This document shows, in pieces, positions 26,712 through 39,808 of a DNA stretch of 64,000 nt (positions are counted from its first letter, which is position 1; each line of letters opens with the position of its first letter). The notes beneath the pieces were generated by a model that was not told the DNA's origin, made no database searches, and worked only from the letters and a program-made list of their open reading frames with translations. The DNA is from Glaucostegus cemiculus (lineage: Eukaryota). The position numbers were made by a program, and so were the translations under genes. Location of the stretch: contig CDPCPM010000213.1 in the NCBI GenBank assembly GCA_976551045.1, positions 4,898,001-4,962,000 of the forward strand, read 5' to 3'.

Positions 26712-27059
26712 GTACGAAGGACTTATTAATTTAAGCATCCTGATGAATGTTCACCGTGCCTTTGTTTCAGTCATAAGTCCCCTTCACATGTTCTCCCTCT
26801 CTGCCACTTTATCTTTAAACCTGCGTTGATGTTGTATGGCTGCCAGCCCCTAGAGGGCTCAGGCAAGCGGTTGAGGATTACAGGCTGTCTAGCGCTCTCT
26901 AACTGGGGAGGAGGTGCTTTGTCTCCACACAGTGCCCCCCCAGAGTACCACAGACGAGATCAAGAAACTGTTGCGGAAGTGGACTGTGTCAGCTGCAGCC
27001 TGATAGAGCCCCAGTCACTGATGTACATAATCGGCTGATGTTAAGCTGGCAAATTGTGG

Positions 27060-27430
27060 AGGTTTGGCGAATCCTGTGTTGGTGTTCCTGAGCTACTGGG
27101 CTTGTAATCCAGAGAATTGGGCTAACAATCCTGATTTCCGAGTTAAAATCCCACTGCAGAAGCTGTGCAACTTTAAACAACTGGTCTTCGTAAGGAAGAA
27201 CACAGAAATTACGACTTGTTGGAAAAGGTCACTTTGTTTACTGATGTCCTTCAGGGGAAGAAATTTGTCACCCATACGCAGTGTGGCCAACATGTGACTC
27301 CATACCGGCCAATATACTTAACGGTTAAATGCCCTCTGAAATGAGCTTCCAAGCCCATCAGTTGTAGTCCAAGGACCATTATGGTTGGCAATAAATGTAT
27401 CAGATCCTGAAAAATTAATAAAAAACAAAA
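27060..27430 (+). mobile_element. SINE (same family as 59300-59812)
   Basis: Shares 'tgccctctgaaatg', 'catgtgactcca' and an A-rich tail with the 59300 copy. Confidence 0.6.
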
Positions 27431-29462
27431 AGTGGGAGGTGGACGATAATAGGCAGGGAGTTTATCCAATCTCAGTTAGGATGAGAAGAGTGCACTGCAA
27501 TTGATTGTCAGTGCTCGTCCTCGGGAGCGGAAAATTGACACAGATGGACTCCACGTTGTAGCACCTCTGTTGAACTGGGAGTGGCCAAGCTCTGTGTCAC
27601 GCTCAGCTGAGGAAAGGGTTCTCATCCTCAGTGCATGCCAGGATAAAAAGCCTTCAGCACAGGAGGTGAGTGGGTGAAGTAATAATACAGAGAAGTCCCA
27701 CACCTTGTCTGGGAGCAGATTGCTCTGTGGTCTGGAATGTGACCTCATACCTCGGAGTACTGAGTTACCACTTACCCAGTTGTTGCTCAGCTGTTACTAT
27801 CTTAGAAGCATCTGTGAAAGTGAAGAAACATTGCCTCAAACTTCATCCCAGTTAGTTGTGCTAAATGTGCTGTATGCTCACATATACTTGATTGCAGTGA
27901 AATGAATTTCAGAGATAGGGTAGAGAACACTGTTGCTACCGTGCACTGTGTTTAGAGCTATTGATGGAAATGAATTTCTGGCCGCATATTTCTCAGTTGT
28001 ACAGGGAGACATATATGGACTCTAATGGTACAATGATCAGAAAGACGTTTGCGGGATATCCATTCTCAGTAAGGAGGCGATCAGGCTCCAGATTCCACAG
28101 ATGAACAGACTGTGCATGCTGAAACATAGATTTTCTTGTTTGATTATTTGCCTTAGCAAGGTGACCATTACTCTGTGGAGAAGGTGACGGTACATAACGT
28201 TCTCAATCTGCGCCGTATGTGCAGTGAATATACTCCCATCACACTGCTTGGTGGAGAGTTCGAGCCTTCTCACCTGGCAGTGATGAGGGGAAGAAACAAC
28301 ATATGTCCGTGGTAGGAAGTAGGAGGTGACGATGTTCTCCAGCACCTGCTGCCCTTCACTTTCTAGGCGATGATGAACATATGTTTGAAGGCACTACTGA
28401 AAAAGTCTTGACAAATTGAGGGAGTGTACCCTGAAAGTAGTACACAGAGCTGGCAAGCTTTGTTGGTGGTGAGGGGTGGCAGGGGTCAAATCCACCAGAG
28501 GGCCATACCCTGAGAGGTTCTGCATCTCTCCTTTATTGTTATAGCTGAGCTTATTGGAATAAATGCAGAATATTCATTCGTCCCTGAAGTGCTGAAATTT
28601 ATATCAAATCACTGCCTGCACTGAATGCATTTGCAAAGTGTCGCAGAGCAGGCTAACTGACAGCAGTGTGGGATTGTGCACATTGAACTGCACATATGCT
28701 GGCTGCAGAAGTTGCCGTCAGTTTCACACATTAATGAAGCCAATTCCACTGTTACATATTTCAGGCCAATATTATTCCAAACACAGCACTCAGCACGTTC
28801 AAGAAAGACATCCATATTGACCAGCAGAGTTTGGAGGTTTTGCTGTCGATTTCTCTGGTGTGCTGTGGGGCTAATATCTTGAAAACAAAGTAGAAGAGTG
28901 CAATCATCTTTTGTCACAGTGACATGCAGTAAAGACCCAGTATATGACTGAAAATGATCAAATCTTACTGACTGAGGAAACCCTTTTAGCCTATTATGTC
29001 TGCTGGCTCCTTGAAAGGCAGCCTCATTCCCCACAGCTCTGCAAATAGTTCCTTGCCATTCGTATACTCTACACTCTTCTTAATGTTCTGAAATACGTTG
29101 GGACACCCCGAGATTTTGAAAGGCACTACATAAATGTATGTTCTTAATTCGCTTCTTGTCCTGTTATACTGTTGTGTTCCTTTACATCTTGCAGCAGAAT
29201 TCTATTACATAGTTCTGTTGAAAGATCTCTAAATCTTAATTCTGATACCTGGAACTCACCTAAAAATGTAATGAGATTACCCCAGAATTATGACGTGTGG
29301 GCATGTCTTGTACATTTGTTTTGTGGCCTGGAATTAAGAATAATTTATCATTTAAGTAAATGGTAAAGCCTATGCATTGTTAAGCAAGGGGATTGAGTAC
29401 CCAACTTCAAGACACCGTCTTGGTCCTATTGTGCAAGGATTAGGACCGAGCCTGTTTATGTA

Positions 29463-29500
29463 CCCGAATTTTACAAGGTCCCCGAATTTTACAAGGTCCC
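29463..29500. repeat. Perfect 18-bp tandem duplication
   Basis: cccgaattttacaaggtc at 29463-29480 and 29481-29498. Confidence 0.9.
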
Positions 29501-30222
29501 CTACCAGTGGCTGTTAGAGAAACCTTTCAAGACCTTCACCATGAAGGGAATCTAAAGCAATACATCTGATTATGGTGACTGGGTGTTGGAGGAATGCCAA
29601 AGATTCTTGTTGCTCCCCCCATTGTGCACCCTCCCACGCCCTCTCATCACCTCCCCACCAATCACTGGCCTCCTCTTCTGTCAGTTGCCTCTGATTCTCT
29701 TCATTTAGTTCCAACACTGGCTGATTAAGCATCCTTCCCCCCCCATTGCCTTCCTTCCCCAATGACCCTTAACCTCTGCCAAAGGCCTACCATTCCCATA
29801 ATTACGCTTCTTCCTCTGATTACCTCCCCCTCCCAACCGCCTCTTCCCACTCCCTCCCTCCCAAAACCCCTCTGCCGGTCACTTTCCCCTTCAGATCTAC
29901 TTCTACTGACAAACTATCTGGGGAAACTTGGCAGACTTCTGAAGTGCTCTGGCCTAACCAGTCCTTGCAGCTAGTTCACTCCAGCAGTCCAATGTCACCC
30001 CTGCCCCCTCCCAGCCCGTGCCTGAAATGGTAAAATGTTCTGTTCCTCAATGCGAATATTCCCTAGAACTGATTGATGTAAAAAATTGCACTGGCATCCA
30101 TTCCTTACACAGTATTAGTCTTAAATAACTGGGCAAATCGTACTGCTTGATGGGATGGAAGATGAATGAAGCAGAACATGCAGATCTCTGGTATCGATGA
30201 TAATGTTGTGTTTTATTGCCAG

Positions 30223-30276
30223 CTCCAGATAAAACATGCCGTAACTGAAGCAGAGATTCAGCAACTGAAAAGAAAG
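30223..30276 (+). CDS. PPP1R9B: PPP1R9B short coding exon (coiled coil)
   Basis: Bounded by ttttattgccag| and |gtatgt. 54 nt encoding LQIKHAVTEAEIQQLKRK, identical to recalled spinophilin; embedded in track ORF 30166..30363. Confidence 0.96.
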
Positions 30277-32088
30277 GTATGTTTGCTCCTTTCAGTGATA
30301 TTTACATTCATAGGAATTAGATTGTCTTTAACCTTTACAGATGAAGAGCTGGTTTGCATATAAAATCACACTTGGCACTTGATGAATTTTATCGAGATGG
30401 TTCAGAAATCTGTACAATACTTTGGTATGGTCTTGCATTGCACTTAGCCTGGAGATGATAAGAAAAGGTTTTGTTTCAACAACTGTATTATGATGTTAGA
30501 GTTTTGGATTTGTGGACATTGTCAGCGCTGATTTAAGGAGTTGAGCATTTTCAGACTGAATGATATACTTAAGATGCAACAAATACATTTCCATTTTGAA
30601 CAACTACATACTTCTGTCCCAGCATTATTGCCAGAATCTGCAAGTACAATGCAAATTATTCCAATTTATTAATTAATATATTGTGCCAAACACTTATTTA
30701 TTTCCAATGTATTTATTGGAAGCCTGACTTCACTAGTTATGTGTCCTCAATAAGAAAGTAGTTTGAAATGGATTAGAAATTCACTTGTAAAGCTCCTGTT
30801 TTTTTCATACCCAGCCCAGACTGGTCTTCAGAGCTGAGTTAGCAACAGCCATAGTTTCCTTGGCAGCTGTCAAAAAATGCACCATGATAGTGGCCATAAT
30901 ATTTGTGTTGATGGAGCTGCCTCTTTGGATGGTCTTCATAGGCTACACAATTTCTTGATGCAAGTTCAAGGTGGACTCCTCCATGCTTTGTGACATTGTG
31001 TGCTAGCTTACTGGCAGACTGCCCAGGGCACCAGGTATATGCTCACCAGCCTGTTTCATCAGGCTGAGTCATGAAGGCTATGTCTCATCCACCAACCATT
31101 GAGAGGTATGGCAGGGAATTTTGGTCTTAGGGCAGACACCTATCAGCTTCTACACAGACCTAGTGATTAACTGTGTGAAGAGGCCACGTACTTCTCATAT
31201 ATTTTGTGTAACGTAGAAGGCCATTCAGCCCATGAAGTCTATGCCAGTTCTCAGAGCATTCTTATCAATCCCATTCCCCATTTATTTTCCTGTCATCTAA
31301 TCTCTCACATTACCCATCAACTTCCAATTTTCCCACTACCCACTACACTAGAGGCAATTTACAGCAGCCCACTAGCTCTCCTAACCTTCCCAGCCTAACC
31401 TCCAAAGCATGTGCAGTGTAGCATCTGAAGATGACTGAATCTTCATGAAGACTAACCACCTCTTCCACTTCCGGGAGTCAAGTGTCCATTTTCATTTTCA
31501 ACACGTGAAGTGAAAGAGAGGTACGAGTTTCAGTGTTTCGATGCGAAGGGAGAACAGAGAGTAATGCAGATGATGAAAGTGACAGCTCAAGAGAGTGTTA
31601 GATTATTTGTCCTGGCTGATGCACTACAGCCAGTCAACCCATCAGCTCTACAGGTAAAATGGGAGTCAAAACATTCACAGGGAGATGTAAGGGTCACTTA
31701 CTATCACTCTTTAAGGAGGATTCTGCTACACTTGCTCTTTTTCCATTATCCTGTAGTTTATTTTCTGCTTAAAGATATACCCCATTCTCCTTTAAAGATT
31801 AAATCTGTATCTGGAGTCTTAATTAAATCTTTAACCAACCAGACTTTCAAGCAGAATCTCACAAATTCAACCACTCTTTGCACAAAAAAGTTTTTTTTTT
31901 CTTGCCACTTCTGTTTTTATTGCCAAACCCCTTAAATCTGTGATTGAATAAGTGATAGAGTTCTGAGTACATTTAGTTTATTTTAACTCTATTGTGTGTG
32001 AAGGCAACTATCTGGATGATTCACCGTACATTGCAGTGCTTCTGATTAAATGGTTTTTTTTCCAAACTGTATTTGTGTCTCTGTGCAG

Positions 32089-32318
32089 CTTCATTCAACA
32101 GAACAGGAGAAAATGCGTTGGCGAATGGAAAAAGTCCAGCTTGAGCAAAGTGTTGAGGAAAACAAAGAGCGGATGGAGAAGCTGGAGAGTTACTGGATGG
32201 AAGCCCAAACTCTTTGTCAGGCAGTGGATGAGCATCTGAAAGAGACACAGGCTCAGTACCAGGCCTTGGAGAGGAAGTACAGCAAAGCAAAACGCTTGAT
32301 TAAGGAATACCAACAGAA
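32089..32318 (+). CDS. PPP1R9B: PPP1R9B coding exon (coiled coil)
   Basis: Bounded by ctgtgcag| and |gtaaga. 230 nt, ends in phase 2, encoding [76 protein letters not shown](K). Confidence 0.97.
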
Positions 32319-33189
32319 GTAAGAAATACCCTCTGCAGTATCGGGGGAGATTTTCAACTTCATCCCCTGGGTGGTGATGTGCTGGAGTGGATCACTTCCC
32401 TTTGTAATATAGGCTCTGTTTTCATTCTGATAAATGGACTGATCATCAGGTGGGTTCATTATCAGGCAGGTGAGCTGCTCCAGCAAGTTATTGCCCAGAT
32501 GCTGAAGACAAAATTCTAACCTCTTAGTTCTCCACAGTAAGCATCATATGTAGCGAGCACTGGAGTTATCAAAAGGGTAAAATTTCTTTGTGCCAGTGGA
32601 ATTGACCTGAATGCAAAATTTAAAGAGCTCAATAATAAGTTGACTTTGCAAGTTTTCGAGCCATTTCAATATAAATAGGTTTCCCTTGAGAAAGAAATGT
32701 TAAAATATATTAAGCACATTTTCAGGAAATCACGGTTTTGTTCTGTGTGGTTTCTACAAGAGCATAAATTTTGTAATAATTGCTACAAAGAAGATCTATT
32801 GTGAACCAATTTGCAAGAGTCTGGAGCAGCTTCACAACCACACAATTATGTATCTCAAATCTACAAAAGTTGGCTAATTCTCCTGTGAATAATAGTTATT
32901 AGTTTGATGGAAGTGAAGTGCATAAAGGTCAGTGTTATGTTCATTACTTTGAACAGCTCTGGTGAAACAATCACTTCCAGGAGCAGTCATAGGTTTATAC
33001 AGTTAAGCAACAGCTACAACCTGTGGCACAATGAACTAGTTTATAAAGCTGAATAACCAGTCTAAATCAAGTCATGTGTGTGGGTGTAATTATTATTCTC
33101 TCATGCACAGGGAATGGCAGCTCCATGACTGAAAAGAATTGTTAATGCCCAATATGTGAATAGAATAATTTAAGTAGAATAATTTTGTA

Positions 33190-33530
33190 TTCAAAACTGT
33201 AAGAGGCATAAATAGGATAGAGAGTTGGGAACTTTTCCCTGTGGCAGAGGTGCCTTAGACCAGAGGATATAGGTTTAAAGTGACGATTAAGAGGTTTAGA
33301 AAGGATCCCAGGAATGTTTTCACCCCAAGGGTGGTTGGAATGTGGGATGCATTGCCTGAGGGCTTGGTGAAGGCAGGTACTCTCACAACATTTTAGAAGC
33401 ATCTGTATGAGCACTTGAATTGTCGGCTGTGTAGCAAATGCTGGTAAATGGGATTAGTACAGGTGGATACTTAATGGTCAACAAAGACATGGTGGGTCAG
33501 AGGGCCTATTTCTGTGCTATATGACTGTAT
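33190..33530 (+). mobile_element. CR1-type LINE 3' fragment
   Basis: ttttcaccccaagggtggttggaatgtgggatgcattgcctgag...gggcctatttctgtgctatatgactgtatga. Confidence 0.8.
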
Positions 33531-34980
33531 GAGAAGTACGAAATAATATAAGCCTACAGTATTGATGAAAAAAGCCATTCATTTTAATAAGGGTTGGAGC
33601 TGAGTGAATAATGTCCACAGTTTTTTTAATCAACTGCTTGTTGACACATTTAAGTGGCTAAAAATGTACTGTTTAGTATTAACTGCCTTTCGTTATCACA
33701 TGCATAATACATTGATTTCATGTGCTATACAAACTCACAAGAATTCAGAACCTGAGCAAATTCAAGAAGATATTTTAACAACACTGTAGTTGTGCAGTGA
33801 CGTGGACGAGCATGGTTTACTTTTGGATGTAAATTGATGGATATGTAACATATTCTTATTCAGTTACCCTGTCCATTATTTTAGCAATGCCATTAACCAA
33901 TCAAATAAGCAAACAAAGCAATTCTAGTCAATTGCACTGTGTGAATCATTTAAAAGTGCCAATCATAGATTGTAGGTTATAATTTCATACACCTTTGACA
34001 AATAGGATTGGACTATTACTTTAGTTTATCCTCAGATCTACTGGTGAGTACATTCATCAGCCAACTGCAACCTTTATGTTTCTGTGAGCAAGAGTGACTT
34101 GTTAGAAGATGGTGAGGTGGGGAAGAATTTCTCTTTACCCTCAATTATGGATGTATGTAACCAATTCTTTTCTGAGTTTCTGCAGTACTGTGCAGAAAAA
34201 TCTTCTTCTACATGAAGCAGGTGAAGTAAGCAAAATCAAATGAAGAGCAGCACCCTAAAAACTGAAGGAGGAAATTACCCTTTACATCAAGCTCAGAGAA
34301 TGAGACTCACCTGACTGCACTTTTATAATCCAACGTTCATTACTTTCACCAGTGTTGAAACAATTGAGTTGCTTTTGGTGATCACCACCAGCAACTAACC
34401 AGAGAGTTTAAATGCATTGCATGATGTCTTGTCCATTCACAATTGCAGATGCAAGTCACCATTGCATAAAATGCTAATTGCGTTGTATTCAGTTCTGCAG
34501 TCATACCAGTAGAGAGCAGATGTGGCATGCTTCTGACATTTCTCATATCACTGGCAACACAATGACAATCACTCTGATCTGTGCACAGTTCATTTCCGTC
34601 TGTGCACCTGAAGTTTTTGAGATGCCCTCCAAACAGCCAGCCCCTGCTCTGCCTCTCCTCGAGGAGAAGCATATCTGTATCGGTTCCCCCGATTCCATGA
34701 GAAGGTTGGAAAATACATTCTGTTGTGGCTATTAGTGCTGAGTGGAGACAGAATCGCTTTGTCTTACTGGAGAAAAGCATTTCCACAGTTGGTGGTTGGT
34801 TATGGTGATGCACTAGAACTACATAATCTTACATGATTGTTGTATGGAATTGCCCCGTTCCAATGTTAGGTTTATCACACTAATAGAAGTAGTGTTGTGG
34901 TTGTCTTCTCTAAGCCATTAAGTTCTATCTTGTGGGATGCCTCAAATGTTCTGACATCATCCTAGGACCTCTTCGCTACA

Positions 34981-35260
34981 GGCAACACGGTGGTGCAGCA
35001 GGTAACGCTGTTAGTGCTCAGCACCAACACCCTGAGTTTGATCCTGACCTCAGTTGCTGCCTTTGTGGAGTTTGCATGTTCGCCCTGTGATCACATGTTT
35101 TTCCCCCCTGAGAGCTACAGTTTCCCCCCTCATCTCAAAGAAGTTTCTGTAAGTTACCCATAGTGTAGGTGGGTGATGGGGGAATGAGTAATTGAAGGGA
35201 CTGTTCAGAGAGCTAGCATGGATTCAATGGGCTGAATAGTCTTCTAAGTGATAGGGAAAT
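34981..35260 (+). mobile_element. V-SINE/HE1-like SINE
   Basis: tRNA-like head ggcaacacggtggtgcagcaggta, V-domain tgtggagtttgcatgttcgccctgtga, CR1-like tail gatgggctgaat variant. Confidence 0.7.
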
Positions 35261-35929
35261 ATGAGAAAATGTAAATTAAGACCCAGTTTTATTCAGGTTT
35301 GTGCTGTGCAGCCTTTCAATTTTCACCAAATTTACAAAAGTTGAGGACGTTAGATATTCTCTCTTGGACCCCATGTCTTGCCCAACTCTGCAATTTCTAA
35401 CAATAGGGTGATGCATCGTGTTAGTGAAATCATTTCCCCATGCAAACCAGATAATAGCCTGGACTGTACAATAAGAATAATGGAGAGACAGTCAGATTTA
35501 TGAAAGTGACTTATTTGCAACTGTCTCATTAGGGATCACTCACTGCAGCTTGTTTGGCATAAATTCTTAATTCAAATCTGGGATTTTGGCGTGGTTACTT
35601 ACAAGCTGAAGCACTCTCATTTGTCTAAGCTTCCAGTATTAGGTCCAATGAACTGCTTAGTAGATCAGCAATAATGATTTCACATTGTGACATAACATTT
35701 CCTTCAGGTGTTCCTTAATCTCATTTCCCAATCTTATTTGGGTTAGACAAAATTGTCTCCTGGTCTTTTCCGTCACCACTCAAGTCAGGAGCAGTATAAT
35801 GAGTTGTCTTGTGTAGATGCTTGCAGCATTTAAACTATTACGGCTCATACAAAAAGCAATTAGGGCAGCCCTTGTGGATGGTGATCTTCAGTGGTCCATC
35901 ACTTGAAGGCAGGAGAGTAGGTAAAGAAA

Positions 35930-36170
35930 TCTGAAGGGAAATGTTGTTATATGGGGTGGTTGGAGTCTGGAATGTGTTGCCTGAAGAGCTGATGGAGGTA
36001 GATACTTCTCACTACACTTAGAAAGCATCTAGACAAGTAAATAAGTTGCAAGGCATAGAAGGCTATGGACATAATGTGGGTAAGTGGGATTAGTGTAGGT
36101 AGATACAATGGGTGGTATGGGCATGACAGGCTGAAGGTCCTGTTTCTGTATTGTACAACTCTATGTCTAT
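35930..36170 (+). mobile_element. CR1-type LINE 3' fragment
   Basis: Similar to 33300-33530; ends ggctgaaggtcctgtttctgtattgtacaactctatg. Confidence 0.75.
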
Positions 36171-37172
36171 TCAGCTGTAAATAATTAAGTGGATGGTTAA
36201 ATATAGCTCTGAGTGTTCAGCACCTTCAAGAAAGGAGCCCAGCTACATTTTTTCACTTCCCCTGCTCATCTATTTCCATAATATTTTTCAGTCAGCTTCC
36301 TATGGTATTGTGGTCAAAGGTAATTCTGTTCCCCATCCTTCCCCTTCCCCCGCTCCACTTAAGCCCCAATTTTAGGTAAAACTGTATGCATTTTATGCAC
36401 TGATTCCGAATGTGCCATCTTTATTCCTTCCCATATTGTTCGCCAGAAGGTCTGGTTCAAATGTGATCCTGACTAAATACATTAACAAGATTTTGTTGCA
36501 TCATAACAGAGTAATCACATTACAAGATGACTGTTCTTTAAACATAAATCATTCACTGTGCTCAGAGGATGTGAAGGGCTTTGCAGGTTTCTCTTACTTT
36601 TTACCTTTTGTAAAAATTGTTGGCAAGGTACAAATGAACAAAATGTAAATCTGCAGCATCATTTGTTACATTCAAGTGTATAGTTTCAGACTTCTGTATT
36701 ATTAAAAACCTGCCAATCTCTGATCTTTGTGTGTGGGTGGTATTTGCTTCTGAGCCTTCACTGAATAGACAGTTGCATTATGCTTACAGAAAAATTATTC
36801 AGCTCAGGCAATTACATGAACTTGTGTAATGGTGCAAATTTATCATATTACTCCTGTTGAACATTAAAAGGAACATATTTTGAAAGATGCTAGGATTAGA
36901 CTTCCAGTTTGTAAGGTTACATGCAAATATCTAATATGTTCATACTATGTCCCAGTGTGCACTATTTTTATATGGGCAGTAGTAGTATTTTTAATACTTA
37001 AGTTGCATTTGCATATAGAGGAATACAATATAAGCATATTAAAGTTCCATATATATCAACATTGCCAGTCAGAGATATTAATCATGGCGTGACTGAAAGA
37101 AATTTGTACTTTGTCCAGGGGTATCAAATTTGTAAATTATAATTTCTTTTTTATGGCTTTTATTCTTTTTAG

Positions 37173-37269
37173 GGAAATAGAGTTTCTGAAAAAGGAAACG
37201 GCTCAAAGAAGAACATTGGAAGAAACTGAAAATTCTCATAAAGAGGAGATTGAGAAACTTCAGAATAAG
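37173..37269 (+). CDS. PPP1R9B: PPP1R9B penultimate coding exon (coiled coil)
   Basis: Bounded by tattctttttag| and |gtatgg. 97 nt; the first G completes the Lys codon left by the previous exon; encodes EIEFLKKETAQRRTLEETENSHKEEIEKLQNK. Confidence 0.95.
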
Positions 37270-37439
37270 GTATGGCTGCAGACTGATTTCAGTGGAATAT
37301 CTACCAGTGAAATTTTTAATGCCTCTATAATAAAAAATTTATTGTAAATTGCCTTAAATATTTTTGTATTCCTCAATATTTTATATTTCAAATTACTTTA
37401 GTATGAAATTCTAATTGTTTAAAATATATTAAGCATATA

Positions 37440-37860
37440 AGAAAGACAAGTGGGTCCTCCAACCAATGATGCTGCTTCATCATTCAGTATCAGGGCTCAA
37501 CATCTGCATCAAATCCACATTATCCCAGTACCCCCTAGTTCCCCTCAATGGTGCCCTAAAATCTGTTGCTGTCAGCCTTGAATATACTTCTCAACTGACC
37601 CTCCACATCCCCCTGGAGGAGCAAATTCCAAAGGTCTCCACTCCTCTAGTTAAGAAAGTTACCCTCAAATTAGTACAAGATGATGACTCCTTAATCTGTG
37701 AACTGCCAGAGTAGACAACCTCTCGGTCTTTACAAGTTCAGTCCCTCAAAGAACTGTACAGGTTTGAGGGAAATCATCTGACTTGCGTTCTTCTAAACTC
37801 CATAGAACATTAACCAACACTACACAGTCTTGCCATGTGGGGCAGCCTTCTCATTCAGGA
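37440..37860 (-). mobile_element. Degenerate CR1-type LINE 3' fragment
   Basis: cctccacatccccctggaggagcaaattccaaaggtctccactcctct; ttcttctaaactcca. Confidence 0.6.
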
Positions 37861-37964
37861 GGACTCACTAGTTAGGGTTGAAATGCCTTATAGGTGTTAT
37901 CATATTGGCTACGTATGTTCAGTTTGGTATTCAGTTCTCTTTACCGAGGTTGAACACTTACAAT

Positions 37965-38124
37965 CCATCTATGGAGGGAAATGAACGGTCGACGTTTCGG
38001 GCCAAGACCCTGAGGAAGGTCAACTGTTCATTTCCCTCCATAGGTGGTGCCTGACCTGCTGAATTCTTTCAGCATTTTGTGTGTGTTGCTCTAGATTTCC
38101 AGCATCTGCAGTCTCTCTTGTGTC
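37965..38124. mobile_element. Palindromic Penelope-derived element
   Basis: Inverted arms 37965-37993 and 38019-38047; minus strand keeps gggtcttggcccGAAAcgTCgac. Confidence 0.8.
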
Positions 38125-38987
38125 TACAGTTTGTCATTTGGTAAGGGAGATCACTGAGGTTCTCTTTGTATTGAGAGAGGACTAGACCATTATCTCTAGT
38201 TAGAGAACAGATTCCCCAGTGGTGCAGGGTGCCACTGACCACCACCACGTTGTTTTGTGGGCACCACGTACCAACCTTGTCTTAAGCCAGAGGTGAAATA
38301 GATTTAACTCTATCCATTTCCAACCTTTGACAGCTGGCAATCCTGACAGCATTATGGTGCAATTATTGTGTGGCACTTTGCTCTGTTAGGGCTTTACAGC
38401 CACTACAGCAAATCAGAGGGTGGTAGTAGGGTAACTGAGGTTCTCCGGTGCATAAAAGGAAACATATGAGCAGTATGCACCTCCTCTTTAAGCAGTACAG
38501 GCTAGCTTTAAATAGTACCAGGCCCATTAATGGTATTCTCCCACTGAGACAGTAAGCCAGAGAACAGCATGGTTGATACTGGCTGGATACAGAAGTCTTC
38601 TGTTCAACAGTGCAGACTGGGCATGTTGCCTGCACTGCAGTCAGTGGACGAAATAATTGCACGTGGTGATGTTTGTGAGAACCACTGAGCTGAGCCCTCT
38701 TGCCATCCAGCCAATTCCAGAGGGCAGTGATCACCTATAGTGTTGTTCATCCTGGATGTCCTGCAGGTACATTCCAAGGTAAAGATGTATGATCAGATAA
38801 CTCCAACATTCAGAGTCCACAGTGTATATTAGAGGCTTCGGGACCTGCTGAAACCCAAAGATATATGAAGAAGATAAATATTGTATGCGATTGTTCATGG
38901 GTGCATGTTAACATAGAAGTATTCACTAACATAAAGATATTCAAAATATAGCCCTGGAGTTCCATTTGAAATTAATACAGATCTGTG

Positions 38988-39277
38988 GATAAGATTTCTT
39001 TATTAGTGACAGGTACATCGAAACACATAGTGAAATGCATCTTTTTATGTAGAGTGTTCCGGGGGCAGCCCGTAGGTGTCACCACGCTTCCAGCGCCAGC
39101 ATAGCATTCCCACAACTTCCTAACCTGTACGTCTTTGGAATGCAGGAGGAAGCCGGAACCCGGAGGAACCCATGCAGACATGGGGAGAACGTACAAACTC
39201 CTCACAGACAGTGGCTGGAATTGAACCCGGGTTGCCGGTGCTGCAAAGTGTTATGCTAATCACTACACTACTGTGCC
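38988..39277 (-). mobile_element. Full-length V-SINE-type tRNA-derived SINE
   Basis: Reverse complement of the 39519 copy: A/B-box head, V-domain, tail ending actaataaagaaatcttatc. Confidence 0.9.
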
Positions 39278-39518
39278 TACTGGCATCTTTGCAGAGATGC
39301 TGCCTGACATGCTGAGTGTCTAGAGCATTTTTTGTTCTTATTTCAGATTTCCAGTAGCTGCTCTTTAATGAGTTTAATTTATTGTAGAATCCCATTTGGC
39401 TTCTTCTGACTGGGAAACAGTGGTTTGCACTGTTTTGTTGGACTTTGGGCTAAAGTCACAATCAAGAGATTTCTTGTAAAATAAATACAAATTTCTGTTG
39501 TGTTCTCCTGTTTCTGCA

Positions 39519-39808
39519 GGCACGGTAGTGTAGTGGTTAGCATAACGCTTTACAGCACCAGTAACCCGGGTTCAATTCCCGCCACTACCTGTAAGGAGTT
39601 TGTACGTTCTCCCTGTGTCTGCGTGTGTTTACTCCGGGTGCTCCAATTTCCTCCCACATTCTAAAGACACACAGGTTAGGAAGTTATGGGCATGCTATGT
39701 TGGTGCCGGAAGCGTGGCGACACTTGCGGGCTGCCCCCCCGAATACTATGCAAAAAATGCTTTTCACTGTGTGTTTCAATGTACATGTGACTAATAAAGA
39801 TCTTATCT
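39519..39808 (+). mobile_element. Full-length V-SINE-type tRNA-derived SINE
   Basis: A-box gtagtgtagtgg, B-box ggttcaattcc, V-domain ggagtttgtacgttctccctgtgtctgcgtg, tail gtacatgtgactaataaagatcttatct. Confidence 0.9.

Noticed and set aside
32050-32322. Track ORF as a standalone gene
   Set aside because: It is a PPP1R9B internal exon plus intron; real bounds are 32089-32318. The same applies to ORFs 30166..30363 and 37111..37347.
39519-39590. tRNA gene
   Set aside because: A/B boxes run straight into a V-SINE body; it is a SINE head, as at 39277, 34981 and 49230.
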